NCBI GenBank assembly: GCA_964652995.1
Contig: CAZZCR010000004.1
Location: forward strand, 85,954 to 149,953
Length of the DNA stretch: 64,000 nt
Origin: an uncultured Flavipsychrobacter sp.
Lineage (GTDB): Bacteria > Bacteroidota > Bacteroidia > Chitinophagales > Chitinophagaceae
Direction of reading: 5' to 3'
Below are positions 39,478-49,403 of the stretch, in pieces (the first letter of the stretch is position 1; each line of letters opens with the position of its first letter). The notes beneath the pieces are model-generated. The model was not told the origin of the DNA, searched no databases, and saw only the letters and a list, made by a program, of their open reading frames with translations. The position numbers were made by a program, and so were the translations under genes.

Positions 39478-40362
39478 ATGTTAGCAGACAGAGAAATAGA
39501 AGCCTTGTTGGTGCTTGCCGACGACCCGGATGATGATGTTTTCAATACGGTTGCTGACCGATTAATCAACTATGGACGGGAGATCATACCCAATCTGGAG
39601 CATGTATGGGAAAGCACAGCAGATACACTGTTGCAAGAGCGAATGGAACTGCTGATACACAGAGTGTATTTTAATGACTTGCAGGAAGAATTGAAGACGT
39701 GGTCGGAAGCCAAACGACCCGACATACTGACTGGTGCAATATTGGTTGCAAAGTACCACTACCCCGATCTCAATGTACCTGCTATTCTCCATCAATTCGA
39801 TCAGATACGAAGGAACGTTTGGCTCGAGCTTAATAATTACCAGACACCACTGGAACAGATAAATGTAATAAACAGCATTCTTTACAATTACTACAAAATG
39901 GAAGGGCATGAGCTTACTGAACGGAACGCTCAGCACTTCTTTATTAATAATGTCCTTGAAAGCAAAAAAGGGAATCCCATCTCATTGGGGGTTCTATACC
40001 TTGCGCTGTGCGATGTGCTGGACGTTCCTGTCTTTGCTGTCGACATCCCAAGACAGTTCATTCTGGCCTATTTCGATACCCTTCACAGTTTTTTCAGCAA
40101 TGATCCGTTGGGTGTTGAGCAAATTCAATTTTATATAGACCCTTTGGGCGGAATGGCCTACACGCAGAAGGACATCGACATGTACCTGCGAAAAATCAAT
40201 GCGACTGATACAGAGCAATACTTTGTACGATTAGCAAATAAGGTTGTGATACAAAAAATGCTGGAGGAACTACGTCAATGCTACCGTTATCAGCATCAGG
40301 AAAGTAAAGCTGATGAAATTGGGCAGCTGCTGGCAATACTTGCAGAAAAGACTGCCGGTTAG
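39478..40362 (+). CDS. SirB1/YchA-like transglutaminase-like plus TPR-like protein
   Basis: Central segment KGNPISLGVLYLALCDVLDVPVFAVDIPRQFILAYF resembles the UPF0162/SirB1 family core. Confidence 0.6.
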   Translation: MLADREIEALLVLADDPDDDVFNTVADRLINYGREIIPNLEHVWESTADTLLQERMELLIHRVYFNDLQEELKTWSEAKRPDILTGAILVAKYHYPDLNVPAILHQFDQIRRNVWLELNNYQTPLEQINVINSILYNYYKMEGHELTERNAQHFFINNVLESKKGNPISLGVLYLALCDVLDVPVFAVDIPRQFILAYFDTLHSFFSNDPLGVEQIQFYIDPLGGMAYTQKDIDMYLRKINATDTEQYFVRLANKVVIQKMLEELRQCYRYQHQESKADEIGQLLAILAEKTAG

Positions 40363-40396
40363 ATAACAATGAGTCTCACCATTTTTACCAGAAAAT

Positions 40397-40431
40397 AAAA
40401 AGGTCCCCTGAACTAATTCAAGGGACCTTTT
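40397..40431. terminator. bidirectional hairpin terminator between convergent genes
   Basis: Stem aaaaggtccc / gggacctttt with A/T flanks. Confidence 0.6.
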
Positions 40432-40453
40432 AAATTATTGCGCACAGGAAGGA

Positions 40454-43400
40454 CTATCGTTGGAGCACCAAACGCGAAATATGCTCTGATCCATCGCTGG
40501 CATTAAAGACACACAGATAAATACCTGACGTAACGCCTTGGTCAACGTAAAATACATTCAAACCAGACCCCATATACTGACTTGCAACAACTTTACCATC
40601 TAAGCCGATAACATTGAACATACCGGCAACTGACGTGCTGACATTGAGCAATCCTGTTGTTGGATTCGGGAAGACGTTGAAAACACCATCATTTGACGAT
40701 TCTCTGATGACTGCTGGTTTGGGTACGGTAACCGACATCCCCGACGTAGCAAAACAACCTGTGGAAGGCACCCTGTAAGTAATCGTGACGGAACCTGAGC
40801 TAACACCTGACACTACACCGGTTGCAGAGCCAATCGTCGCAACTGAAGGCGCACTACTTGACCACGTGCCTGTTGGTGAACTATTTGACATAGTCACAGA
40901 AGATCCGACAGCAACCGTAGACGGGCCACTGATAGCGGCAGGGGTAGCTTTCACCGTCAACGAGGATGTTTTGAAACAACCTGACCCCAAAGAATAGGTT
41001 ATCGACGCCACACCGGCACTAACCCCTGTAGCCACACCCGTTGACCCATCGATAACAGCTTTACCAGGGGTTCCTGATATCCAGGTTCCACCAGATGTAG
41101 TATTATAAAGCGCCACCGTCTGCCCCGCGCAAACACTCAAAGTACCGGTAATAGTTGCAACTGCAGCGTTCACAGTAACCCTTGTAACCGAAAAGCATCC
41201 ACCTCCCTTGTTGTAGGTTATGTTGGCAGTGCCCACCGCAACACCATTCACTACACCTGTACTGATACCCACATTTGCCTTTGTGGCTGCACTACTTGTC
41301 CAAGTTCCACCGGAAACTGAGTTTGACATACTTATAGACTGTCCGACACACACAATGCTATCTCCGACATTTGCGGGCAATGCCGCATTTATCGTCACAA
41401 CAGTTGTCCTGTAACACCCGAACGAATTTGTATAACAAATTGTTGCTGTACCAACAGATGCCGGTGTCACTATTGCTGTTGTCGAGGACGTAGATCCCAC
41501 AGAAGCAACGGAAGTATTTGAACTACTCCATGTTTGCCCTGCAGTTGTTGAGGAAAGGGAAATATTGGAACCAAAACACGTAAGCGCAGATCCTGAAATT
41601 GGCGCCGGAAGAGCATTGACGGTAATAGTGAAAGTCCGGCGGCAACCCGAGGATAGCGTATAACTAATTGTGGCGTTACCCGCGTTCACCCCAGACGCAA
41701 GGCCCGTTGCTGAACCAATCGCGACAACCGAAGGTGCACTACTGGACCATGTGCCACCTGACACAGTATTAGTCAGAGTGTCAGGAGCGCCAACACATAT
41801 CGAAGACAAGCCTGAAATAACAGAAGGCAACCCATTTACGGTCACCGATCGGGTGTTGTAACAGCCTGATGATGAAAGTGTATATGTAATAACTGCAGTA
41901 CCATCACTAACTCCGGAAACCATTCCGGAGGAGGAGCCGACAATTGCAACAGATGTGTTATTGCTGGACCACATGCCACCACCAAGTGAATTGGTAAGCG
42001 TAGTTGCGGAAGACTGACAAATCACGGCTGTGCCACCAATAGCAGGCGGAAGACCATAAACAGTGACTGTTGTAGTTTTGTAACAACCTGACCCAATAAT
42101 ATAGGTCACAATTGCAGAACCGGGAGCTATACCCGAAACCACTCCTGTAGAGCCATCAATGGCCGCAATCGAAGTGTTACTGCTACTCCAACTGCCCCCC
42201 GCAACCGGGTGACTTAAAGCTGTAGTAAAGCCAACGCACACACCGGTAGCTCCATCAATTGTAGCAGGAGTACTGTTCACTGTTACATTATATGTACTAA
42301 AACATGTAGGCCCTGTGCGATATGTAATTACCGCCACCCCTGCAACGGCGCCCGTAACGATTCCTGTAGCACTTCCAATTGCTGCTATTGCAGGAGAACC
42401 ACTGGACCAAGTACCACCGCCCGTAGAAACACTGAGCGTGCTGCTGCTACCAATACAAAATACCGAACTACCGCTAATGGATCCCGGACCGGCATTAACA
42501 GTGACAGTAGCCAACCGGGTACAACCCGTAACGGTGTAACTGATGTCGGAAGTGCCCGACGCAATCCCAGTCACTGTGGTTGTATTTGAGACCGATGTAC
42601 CTGTAGTTGCCACAGAGGAAACAGAACTACTCCACGTACCACCGGCGGTAGCTGAGTTTAGGGTGGTTGAATTACCCTCGCAAACTGTGAGTGTACCCGA
42701 AATAGCCGATGGCATAGTACCGACAGTTACCACGGCAACGCTTCGGCAACCTGTCCCGAGAACATATGAAATAGTGACCGTTCCCGCGCTGACACCTGCT
42801 ACGACACCGCTGACCGTATCGACAGTTGCACGACCTACATTGCCTGAGAGCCATGTACCGCCTGCGGTAGCACTGGAAAGACTCAGGGTATTGCCGACAC
42901 AAACTGCGGCGCCACCTGAAATGGCTGCCGGCAGTGGATTAACTGTAACGTCAGCTATGCGGTAACAACCATTCAATGCAGTATAGGTAATGATTGCATT
43001 TCCTGTCGAAACACCATAGGTAGCACCACTGATCGCATTGACTATTGAAACACTATCTGCAGAACTCTCCCATGCACCACCCGATGGGCTGCTACTGAGT
43101 GTAGTATTCGACCCCACGCAAATTGACAATGAACCAGTGATGGGCGAAGGAAGTGACTTAACTGTAAATGAGGTAGTCTTGAAACACGTAGCTGACACAT
43201 TGTACGTGATCACTGCGGTGCCTGCTGCAATACCCGTAACCACTCCGGTGGAACCGTCTATTGTGGCTATTGCTGTATTGCTGCTTGCCCATGTGCCGCC
43301 GGAAGAAGGATGACTCAATGTAGATGTAGCACCTACGCAAGCATTAGTAGTACCAGATATTGCTGCAGGAGCAGCATTCACAGTTACCTCAGTCACACTG

Positions 43401-46400
43401 AAACAGCCCGGACCTGCAACCCGATAGGTAACATTGACCGTACCTGCACCCACACCGTTGACAATACCGGATGAACTACCAACGGTAGCTATTGAAGAAC
43501 TACTAGAGCTCCATGTGCCACCGGACGTTGAATTCGATAAAGTAGCAGAACCGCCCACGCATAACTCAAAAGCACCCGTGCTGGCAGAAGGTGCAGCGTT
43601 GACAGTTATTACAGCAGTACGTCGACAACCGGAAGCAAGCGAATATGTTATGGTAGAAGTTCCAGGCGCAATTGCCGTAATCACACCGGTAGACCCAATG
43701 GTAGCGACAGACGTGTTGCTGCTACTCCACGTACCACCCGATGTGGCAGAAGTGACGGTAACGTACCCACCAGGACAAAGGCTGATGATACCAGAAATTG
43801 ACGCAGGCAATGGGCCGGCAGTGATAACTGTCCCCCTGCCACAACCTGTAGGCATAGTATAACTAATGGTACTGGTACCGCCGGCAACACCGGAAACCAA
43901 CCCGTTAGACGAGCCGATAGTCACTACACCGGAATTTGACGACGACCAAACGCCACCCGCAGGTGAACTAAGGAAAGTAGCCGTATCGCCGGCGCAGAGA
44001 AATGACGGACCAGATGGAGTGGATGGGGAAGCATGTACCGTATGCGTGCGCGTTGTGAAACAGCCGGAATAAGCGGTGTAGGTGATAGTGGTAGTTCCTA
44101 CAGAATTACCGGAAACTACGCCGGAGCCTGTTCCTATAGTAGCAACAGCCGTATTACTGCTGCTCCATGTACCGGAACCAACACTCGTATTAGTCAACCC
44201 TGATGTAAATCCTTCACATGTGTAGGCCAGCCCGGTAATTGGTAAAGGTAGCGGATACACAAAGGCAGTCTTCGTCTGAACAAAACCACCTCCAAGATTG
44301 TAGGTAATGGTACAAGTACCCGGTGATATACCGGTAACTAAACCGGTTGACGAACCAACAGATGCCCTCGCAGGATTACTACTGGTCCATGTACCGCCTG
44401 AAATGGGATGCGTTAATGCAATCGGAGCATCTCCGATACAAAAAGAGGGATTACCGGCAATAGGCCCCATCGTTGAATTAACGGTAATAACTGAAAAAGC
44501 GGTATCAACACATCCGTTTGTGTCAACAACGGAGAGACTGGCGGTGTAGGTACCGGCAGCAGAATATGAGCGAGCGGACGATGAAAGCGTAGATGTGCCG
44601 CCGTCGCCAAACACCCAAATATATCCTGACACGCCTAAGGTACTGCTGCTGTAACTTACAGGCAAACCCACAACCGAGGGGTTAGGAGAAAGAGCCATTA
44701 CCGCTACCGGGCTATTATTAACAACCACTACTGTCGTGTTAGTGCCGGTAAAAGAGCAACCATTCGCATCCGTTAACGCCAACGTATACACTCCGGCAGA
44801 CGAAGCAGTCACAGAAGGAACAGAGGGGTTCTGAACAGTGGATGTAAATGAAGAAGGCCCAGACCATGAGAACGAATAAGGTGACGTGCCCCCTGAGACG
44901 GACGAGCTTAGAGATAGCGTAGCACCGGTGCAAACAGGCCCGCTATTTCCGATAGAAGAAATTGTCAATTGTGATGGTACTGTGATCGTAACCACTTTGT
45001 TAAGACTACAACTGCTTGCATCCGCTACAGTACATGTGTAAGTACCAGCAGAAAGCCCGGTTGCCGAAGCAAGTGAACCACCTGATGGAGCCCAAGAATA
45101 ACTTAATGTTCCCGTACCTCCCGACGCCGACACAGTAGCCGATCCGTTAGTTAACCCAAAACAAGTGATATTAGTGCCGGTAATTGTAGCAGACAGCCCT
45201 GTAGGTTGGGTTACAGTAGCGGTAACACTGCCTGTACATCCGGATGCATCCGTAACCACACATGAGTATGAACCCGCAGAAAGGCCTGTCCGATCTTGTG
45301 TTGTGACACCACCTCCCCAATTGTAGGTATAGCCAGGTGTACCGCCTGACGGGGTCAAGTCGATTGCACCATTAGTACCGCCGGCACAGCTGACGTTGGT
45401 AACAGCAGTAGTACCGCCAACAGGCGTAGAAGGTTGCCCAACCGTGGCGTTGACAGTCGTAGTACAACTGTTGGCATCCGTTACAACGCACGTATATGCC
45501 CCTGCGGCAAGCCCAGTTCTGTCCTGAGTGGTAATACCACCGCCCCAATTGTAGGTATACCCAGGTGTTCCTCCACTTGGAGTGAGATCGATAGCTCCAT
45601 TTGTTCCCGAAAAACAACTAACATTGGTGACGGATGTAGTCCCACTCAGGGCTGACGGCTGGGTTACTGTAGCCGTAACAGTGGCAGTACATCCGTTGAT
45701 ATCTGTAACAATACAGGAATAAGACCCTGCTGAAAGACCAGTACGATCTTCTGTAACAATGCCGCCCCCCCAGTTAAATGTATAAGAAGGTGTTCCTCCT
45801 GAAGGTGTAAGATTGATAGCACCTGTTGCCCCTCCATTGCACGCAACGTTTGTAACTGATGTACTTCCACCCACCACCGAAGATGGTTGTGTTACGGTCG
45901 ATGAAACAGTGGCAGTACATCCGTTATTGTCGGTAACCACGCACGAATACGCACCGGCAACTAATCCGGTTCTATCCTCAGTTGTTACACCGCCTCCCCA
46001 ATTGAAAGTATAAGGGGACACTCCACCCGTTGGTGTAAGGTTTATCGCGCCGTTACTACCGCCCTGGCAGCTGACATTGGTAACAACAGTACTGCCACCA
46101 ACCGGACTGGAAGGCTGGGTTACAGTAACTGTCTTGGTCAAAACAGCGGAAAGGGCGTCAGTTACAGTACAAGTGTACGTACCGGCGACGAGGCCAGTAG
46201 CTGAGGCTGCCGAACCACCTGAAGGGCTCCACGAATATGTATATGGAGACTGGCCACCTGACACGGAAACCGTAGCCGTACCATTCGATCCTCCATTGCA
46301 ACTGACATTAGTTTGCGAAGTAGATGCCGAAAGCGCTGCGGAAGAAACCGTAACGGTGAAAGCAACCGGAGTACCTGTGCAGCTTGCATTGGAGGGGGTA

Positions 46401-48613
46401 AGCGTTGCAGAATAAACTGCCACGGGCGCCCCGGCCGGAACTGCGATAGTAATTGGAGAGGAAGACAGGGTAACAGCGGACACATTAGAAAAGCCGGAAA
46501 TTATTGCCGCGCTACTGAAAGTAATACTATAAAGAGTTGGACTCCCTGTAGTAGCAGTAAATGGTAATGATGCGCTTGTTGTGCCCGATGAAACTGACGG
46601 GCTTCCTCCGAGCGAAATTGTAACAGCCGCCGGTTGTGTTATAGTAACGGACTGGGTCTTCGTACAAGAATTAGCATCTGTAACGGTACAGGTATATGTT
46701 CCGGCAGTTCGACCGGAAATAGAAGTTGTTGTACCTCCCGAAGGAGTCCACGAATAAGTAAAGCCAGACGCACCACCTGATGCAGTGATGGTAGCAGCTC
46801 CGTTTGAACCACCATTGCAAGTTACGTTCGTGACAGACGAAACCGAAGTGGAAATGGCTGACGGTTGGGTAATGGTAACAGCCTGTGCTTTGGTACAACT
46901 GTTTGCATCTGTGACGGTACAGGTGTAGCTCCCTGCCAAAAGGGAAGATGCCGATGCCGCGGTTCCACCGGATGGAGCCCATGAATAGGATAAACTACCT
47001 GTTCCGCCGCTTGCGGAAATAGTTGCTGAACCGGTGGAGCCTCCATTACACGCAACATTGGTAACAGAAGAAACACTGGAAGAAATAGCCGATGGTTGGG
47101 TAATAGTAACAGCCTGAGTCTTTGTGCACGAGTTGCCATCAGTAACGGTACAAGTATAAATGCCGGCACTTCTTCCCGTGATAGTTGCAGTGCTACCTCC
47201 TGAAGGAGCCCATGAATAAGCCAATGTGCCGGTGCCACCCGATGCAGAAATAGTGGCGGCACCGTTGGAACCACCGTTACAACTCACATTTGTCACCGAG
47301 GAAACAGAGGTTGAGATCGCAGCCGGCTGGGTTATAGTCACAGATTGCTGTTTGGTACAGCTGTTAGCATCCGTTACCGTGCAAGTATAGGTACCCGCAG
47401 TCAGTCCGGTTGCAGAAGCTCCAGTTCCGCCGGAAGGCGACCATGCATAAGTTAAACCGCCTGTTCCACCGGAAGCGGAAATTGTAGCGGCTCCATTAGC
47501 TCCCCCATTGCAAGCGACATTTGTTAAAGAAGAAACCGACGTGGAAATGGCTGATGGCTGTGTGATGGTAACTGACACTGTCGCTGTACCCGAAGCCGCA
47601 TCGGAAACTGTACATGTATACGTGCCGGCTGAAAGACCTGAAGCAACTGATGACGACCCGCCAGAAGGGACCCATGAATAGGTGTAAGGAGTAGTACCAC
47701 CGGTTGGAGTCACTGTTGCAGTACCATTGGTTCCGCCAAAGCAACTAACATTTGTCTGACCACCCAACGCTGCAGTCAGCACGGAACCTATTGTAAAATT
47801 TCCTGCAGACCCGGTGACAACCATCGGACTAGATGATGGTGATGTAGTTGTGGTCCAGTTTGCTGTATTCAGAATAGCGGCGCGCATCGCGGCTACTGTA
47901 GAAAACGTACGGCTACCGGAATATACACCTCCGTTTTTCCCGGCAAAAAACAGATTATAGGATGACAGATCTCCGGGCAGATAACTTAGATTGTTGGTTG
48001 GCGAGCCTGAACTGAGCCAATTAGTGTACCCGGAAGTTAGTCCCTGAAATCCGATCATTGATATAGGAGACCCGTTAAATGTTGCGGGACTGGTACCGGA
48101 AGAGAAATTGGTTGAAGAATTTTCTGAAGAAGACGATGCCGAATAGATAAACATCTTGCTGGCCGATGTATTATTATTATACCCTCCGTTATTAAAGGGT
48201 CCACATCCGCAGGTAGTGCTTAGATTTGATGCCGTACCCACATCACACGAAACGGATACTGAAGGCGTGAATGTAAACGTAATCACAGTTCCTATAGGCA
48301 ATGTAGTACCCGTAGTGTTTTCCCATTTGGTAATACCGGTGGAAACAATAAAGGAATTGTTTGTTGCATTTGCATTTGAAGTGCTGTAAAACGAAGTGTT
48401 CGACATTTTAAAAAAAGTTCCGGGAGCCGCAGCCTTGGCCAACACGAACTGGTAGTACTTGACCGAACCCGTCACTACCGAGTTATAGCCGGTACAAAGC
48501 ACATCACCATAAGTAAGTGTTGTTTGGGCATTTGCCGTGATGGCGGAAAAAAGCACAATAAAATGTACCAGAAGGGGCATTAAGCCTACGCGGAGTTTTG
48601 AGACCATGATCAT
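40454..48613 (-). CDS. giant (about 2.7k aa) T9SS-secreted surface/adhesin-like protein with SprB-type, PKD and Big_2-like repeats
   Basis: Single 8.2-kb ORF. Signal peptide (…LFSAITANAQ), an N-terminal ~285-aa unique domain, 11 SprB-type repeats, one PKD-like domain (…GYIWVFGDGGT…), 17 Big_2-like repeats, and a T9SS C-terminal domain (FNVFPNPTTGLLNV…LVLQR). Start could be ATG 48613, ATG 48607 or TTG 48631. Confidence 0.9.
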   Translation of the reverse strand: MIMVSKLRVGLMPLLVHFIVLFSAITANAQTTLTYGDVLCTGYNSVVTGSVKYYQFVLAKAAAPGTFFKMSNTSFYSTSNANATNNSFIVSTGITKWENTTGTTLPIGTVITFTFTPSVSVSCDVGTASNLSTTCGCGPFNNGGYNNNTSASKMFIYSASSSSENSSTNFSSGTSPATFNGSPISMIGFQGLTSGYTNWLSSGSPTNNLSYLPGDLSSYNLFFAGKNGGVYSGSRTFSTVAAMRAAILNTANWTTTTSPSSSPMVVTGSAGNFTIGSVLTAALGGQTNVSCFGGTNGTATVTPTGGTTPYTYSWVPSGGSSSVASGLSAGTYTCTVSDAASGTATVSVTITQPSAISTSVSSLTNVACNGGANGAATISASGGTGGLTYAWSPSGGTGASATGLTAGTYTCTVTDANSCTKQQSVTITQPAAISTSVSSVTNVSCNGGSNGAATISASGGTGTLAYSWAPSGGSTATITGRSAGIYTCTVTDGNSCTKTQAVTITQPSAISSSVSSVTNVACNGGSTGSATISASGGTGSLSYSWAPSGGTAASASSLLAGSYTCTVTDANSCTKAQAVTITQPSAISTSVSSVTNVTCNGGSNGAATITASGGASGFTYSWTPSGGTTTSISGRTAGTYTCTVTDANSCTKTQSVTITQPAAVTISLGGSPSVSSGTTSASLPFTATTGSPTLYSITFSSAAIISGFSNVSAVTLSSSPITIAVPAGAPVAVYSATLTPSNASCTGTPVAFTVTVSSAALSASTSQTNVSCNGGSNGTATVSVSGGQSPYTYSWSPSGGSAASATGLVAGTYTCTVTDALSAVLTKTVTVTQPSSPVGGSTVVTNVSCQGGSNGAINLTPTGGVSPYTFNWGGGVTTEDRTGLVAGAYSCVVTDNNGCTATVSSTVTQPSSVVGGSTSVTNVACNGGATGAINLTPSGGTPSYTFNWGGGIVTEDRTGLSAGSYSCIVTDINGCTATVTATVTQPSALSGTTSVTNVSCFSGTNGAIDLTPSGGTPGYTYNWGGGITTQDRTGLAAGAYTCVVTDANSCTTTVNATVGQPSTPVGGTTAVTNVSCAGGTNGAIDLTPSGGTPGYTYNWGGGVTTQDRTGLSAGSYSCVVTDASGCTGSVTATVTQPTGLSATITGTNITCFGLTNGSATVSASGGTGTLSYSWAPSGGSLASATGLSAGTYTCTVADASSCSLNKVVTITVPSQLTISSIGNSGPVCTGATLSLSSSVSGGTSPYSFSWSGPSSFTSTVQNPSVPSVTASSAGVYTLALTDANGCSFTGTNTTVVVVNNSPVAVMALSPNPSVVGLPVSYSSSTLGVSGYIWVFGDGGTSTLSSSARSYSAAGTYTASLSVVDTNGCVDTAFSVITVNSTMGPIAGNPSFCIGDAPIALTHPISGGTWTSSNPARASVGSSTGLVTGISPGTCTITYNLGGGFVQTKTAFVYPLPLPITGLAYTCEGFTSGLTNTSVGSGTWSSSNTAVATIGTGSGVVSGNSVGTTTITYTAYSGCFTTRTHTVHASPSTPSGPSFLCAGDTATFLSSPAGGVWSSSNSGVVTIGSSNGLVSGVAGGTSTISYTMPTGCGRGTVITAGPLPASISGIISLCPGGYVTVTSATSGGTWSSSNTSVATIGSTGVITAIAPGTSTITYSLASGCRRTAVITVNAAPSASTGAFELCVGGSATLSNSTSGGTWSSSSSSIATVGSSSGIVNGVGAGTVNVTYRVAGPGCFSVTEVTVNAAPAAISGTTNACVGATSTLSHPSSGGTWASSNTAIATIDGSTGVVTGIAAGTAVITYNVSATCFKTTSFTVKSLPSPITGSLSICVGSNTTLSSSPSGGAWESSADSVSIVNAISGATYGVSTGNAIITYTALNGCYRIADVTVNPLPAAISGGAAVCVGNTLSLSSATAGGTWLSGNVGRATVDTVSGVVAGVSAGTVTISYVLGTGCRSVAVVTVGTMPSAISGTLTVCEGNSTTLNSATAGGTWSSSVSSVATTGTSVSNTTTVTGIASGTSDISYTVTGCTRLATVTVNAGPGSISGSSVFCIGSSSTLSVSTGGGTWSSGSPAIAAIGSATGIVTGAVAGVAVITYRTGPTCFSTYNVTVNSTPATIDGATGVCVGFTTALSHPVAGGSWSSSNTSIAAIDGSTGVVSGIAPGSAIVTYIIGSGCYKTTTVTVYGLPPAIGGTAVICQSSATTLTNSLGGGMWSSNNTSVAIVGSSSGMVSGVSDGTAVITYTLSSSGCYNTRSVTVNGLPSVISGLSSICVGAPDTLTNTVSGGTWSSSAPSVVAIGSATGLASGVNAGNATISYTLSSGCRRTFTITVNALPAPISGSALTCFGSNISLSSTTAGQTWSSSNTSVASVGSTSSTTAIVTPASVGTATICYTNSFGCYRTTVVTINAALPANVGDSIVCVGQSISMSNSVSGGTWTSSAATKANVGISTGVVNGVAVGTANITYNKGGGCFSVTRVTVNAAVATITGTLSVCAGQTVALYNTTSGGTWISGTPGKAVIDGSTGVATGVSAGVASITYSLGSGCFKTSSLTVKATPAAISGPSTVAVGSSVTMSNSSPTGTWSSSAPSVATIGSATGVVSGVSSGSVTITYRVPSTGCFATSGMSVTVPKPAVIRESSNDGVFNVFPNPTTGLLNVSTSVAGMFNVIGLDGKVVASQYMGSGLNVFYVDQGVTSGIYLCVFNASDGSEHISRLVLQR
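40725..44470 (-). repeat. 17 tandem ~72-aa Big_2-like Ig repeats (coding)
   Basis: Recurrent pattern C.G….L…..GG.W.SSN…A.V….G.V.G…GT..I.Y….GC…..VTV...P, counted 17 times in the translation. Confidence 0.75.
44990..47780 (-). repeat. 11 tandem ~76-aa SprB-type repeats (coding), in blocks of 5 and 6 split by a ~106-aa spacer domain
   Basis: Recurrent pattern TNV.C.GG.NG.A.…GG..PY.Y.W.P…………GL.AG.Y.C.VTD.N.C. The last five repeats use the variant F/YNWGGG..T.DRTGL. Confidence 0.75.
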
Positions 48614-48750
48614 ATGAGTTTTCGTTTTCAATTTTTGCCTTAAATCACACCATATAAAAGTGTGAACAAACAGTGATTCCTATTTATAATCCACTTAGAA
48701 ACAGGACATAGTTTGGAACAGCAACATTATTTAATCGACCGTAGTTACGA

Positions 48751-48794
48751 TCAGGTAAAAACACCTGTTTTCAAAAACAGGTGTTTTTACCTGA
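48751..48794. promoter_or_regulatory. perfect 44-bp palindrome in the divergent control region (candidate operator)
   Basis: tcaggtaaaaacacctgtttt-ca-aaaacaggtgtttttacctga, with 21-bp arms. Each arm contains its own CAGGT-N6-ACCTG mini-palindrome. It ends 22 bp upstream of the TAAGTTTG box at 48816. Confidence 0.5.
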
Positions 48795-48815
48795 TATGAT
48801 AAGTTCATTGAGGAA

Positions 48816-48823
48816 TAAGTTTG
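48816..48823 (+). promoter_or_regulatory. candidate -7 promoter box (TAnnTTTG) for the tail-collar triplet
   Basis: TAAGTTTG lies 37 nt upstream of the ATG at 48861. Confidence 0.45.
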
Positions 48824-48860
48824 TACGAACAATTTTTCTCACCATCAAATACACAAAACA

Positions 48861-49388
48861 ATGGAGGTATTCTTAGGATCAATTCTACCAATGGCATTCC
48901 CGTTCGCCCCCCGCGGATGGGCCTCATGTGAGGGACAAACAATGCAAATAGCGCAGAACACTGCACTATTCTCCCTACTGGGGACAAAATATGGCGGCAA
49001 TGGGCAAACCACCTTCTGCCTGCCAGACCTGAGAGGTCGAATGGTAATCGGGCAGGGGCAGGGACCCGGACTCCCCTCTTATCAGGTAGGGCAGTCCGGT
49101 GGCTCCTCACAAGCAACACTAACTGTGAATCAGCTCCCTGCGCACACACATCAGGTTGTGGCTAAAGCGAACTCATTCGGCGCAACTACCGGCGACCCTG
49201 CGAACGCATTCTTTGGTGGTGGCGGTCCGACTATCTACGACACTGCATGGGACAACACAAGCACAATGAACCCTGCATGCATGACGGCATCACCGACCGG
49301 TGGCAGTCAGCCGTTTTCAATTCTTAACCCCTATGTGGCCATGTACTACAACATTGCTACACAGGGCATTTTTCCTTCACGCAACTAA
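48861..49388 (+). CDS. phage-tail-collar-domain protein (MdpB-like), paralog 1 of 3
   Basis: MEVFLGSILPMAFPFAPRGWASCEGQ…ALFSLLGTKYGG…FCLPDLRGRMVIGQGQG…LPAHTH…NPYVAMYYNIATQGIFPSRN is the classic Collar-domain layout. No signal peptide. Confidence 0.85.
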   Translation: MEVFLGSILPMAFPFAPRGWASCEGQTMQIAQNTALFSLLGTKYGGNGQTTFCLPDLRGRMVIGQGQGPGLPSYQVGQSGGSSQATLTVNQLPAHTHQVVAKANSFGATTGDPANAFFGGGGPTIYDTAWDNTSTMNPACMTASPTGGSQPFSILNPYVAMYYNIATQGIFPSRN

Positions 49389-49403
49389 AAAAAACACAAA
49401 ATC

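Noticed and set aside
40725-47780. Regular ~220-230-nt periodicity that could be mistaken for a CRISPR or satellite array.
   Set aside because: The periodicity is in-frame protein repeats (SprB-type and Big_2-like). The units are diverged, with no identical short direct repeats or unique spacers, and there are no cas genes.
40600-48389. About 25 ORFs of 60-150 aa on both strands inside the 8.2-kb adhesin gene (for example 42543-42965 +, 43434-43862 +, 46822-47274 -).
   Set aside because: All lie within a single uninterrupted 2.7k-aa ORF with coherent domain repeats. Their translations are low-complexity (Pro/Val/Thr/Ala or Arg/Cys/Tyr-rich) mirror images of Thr/Ser/Gly/Val codon repeats, so they are frame artefacts.
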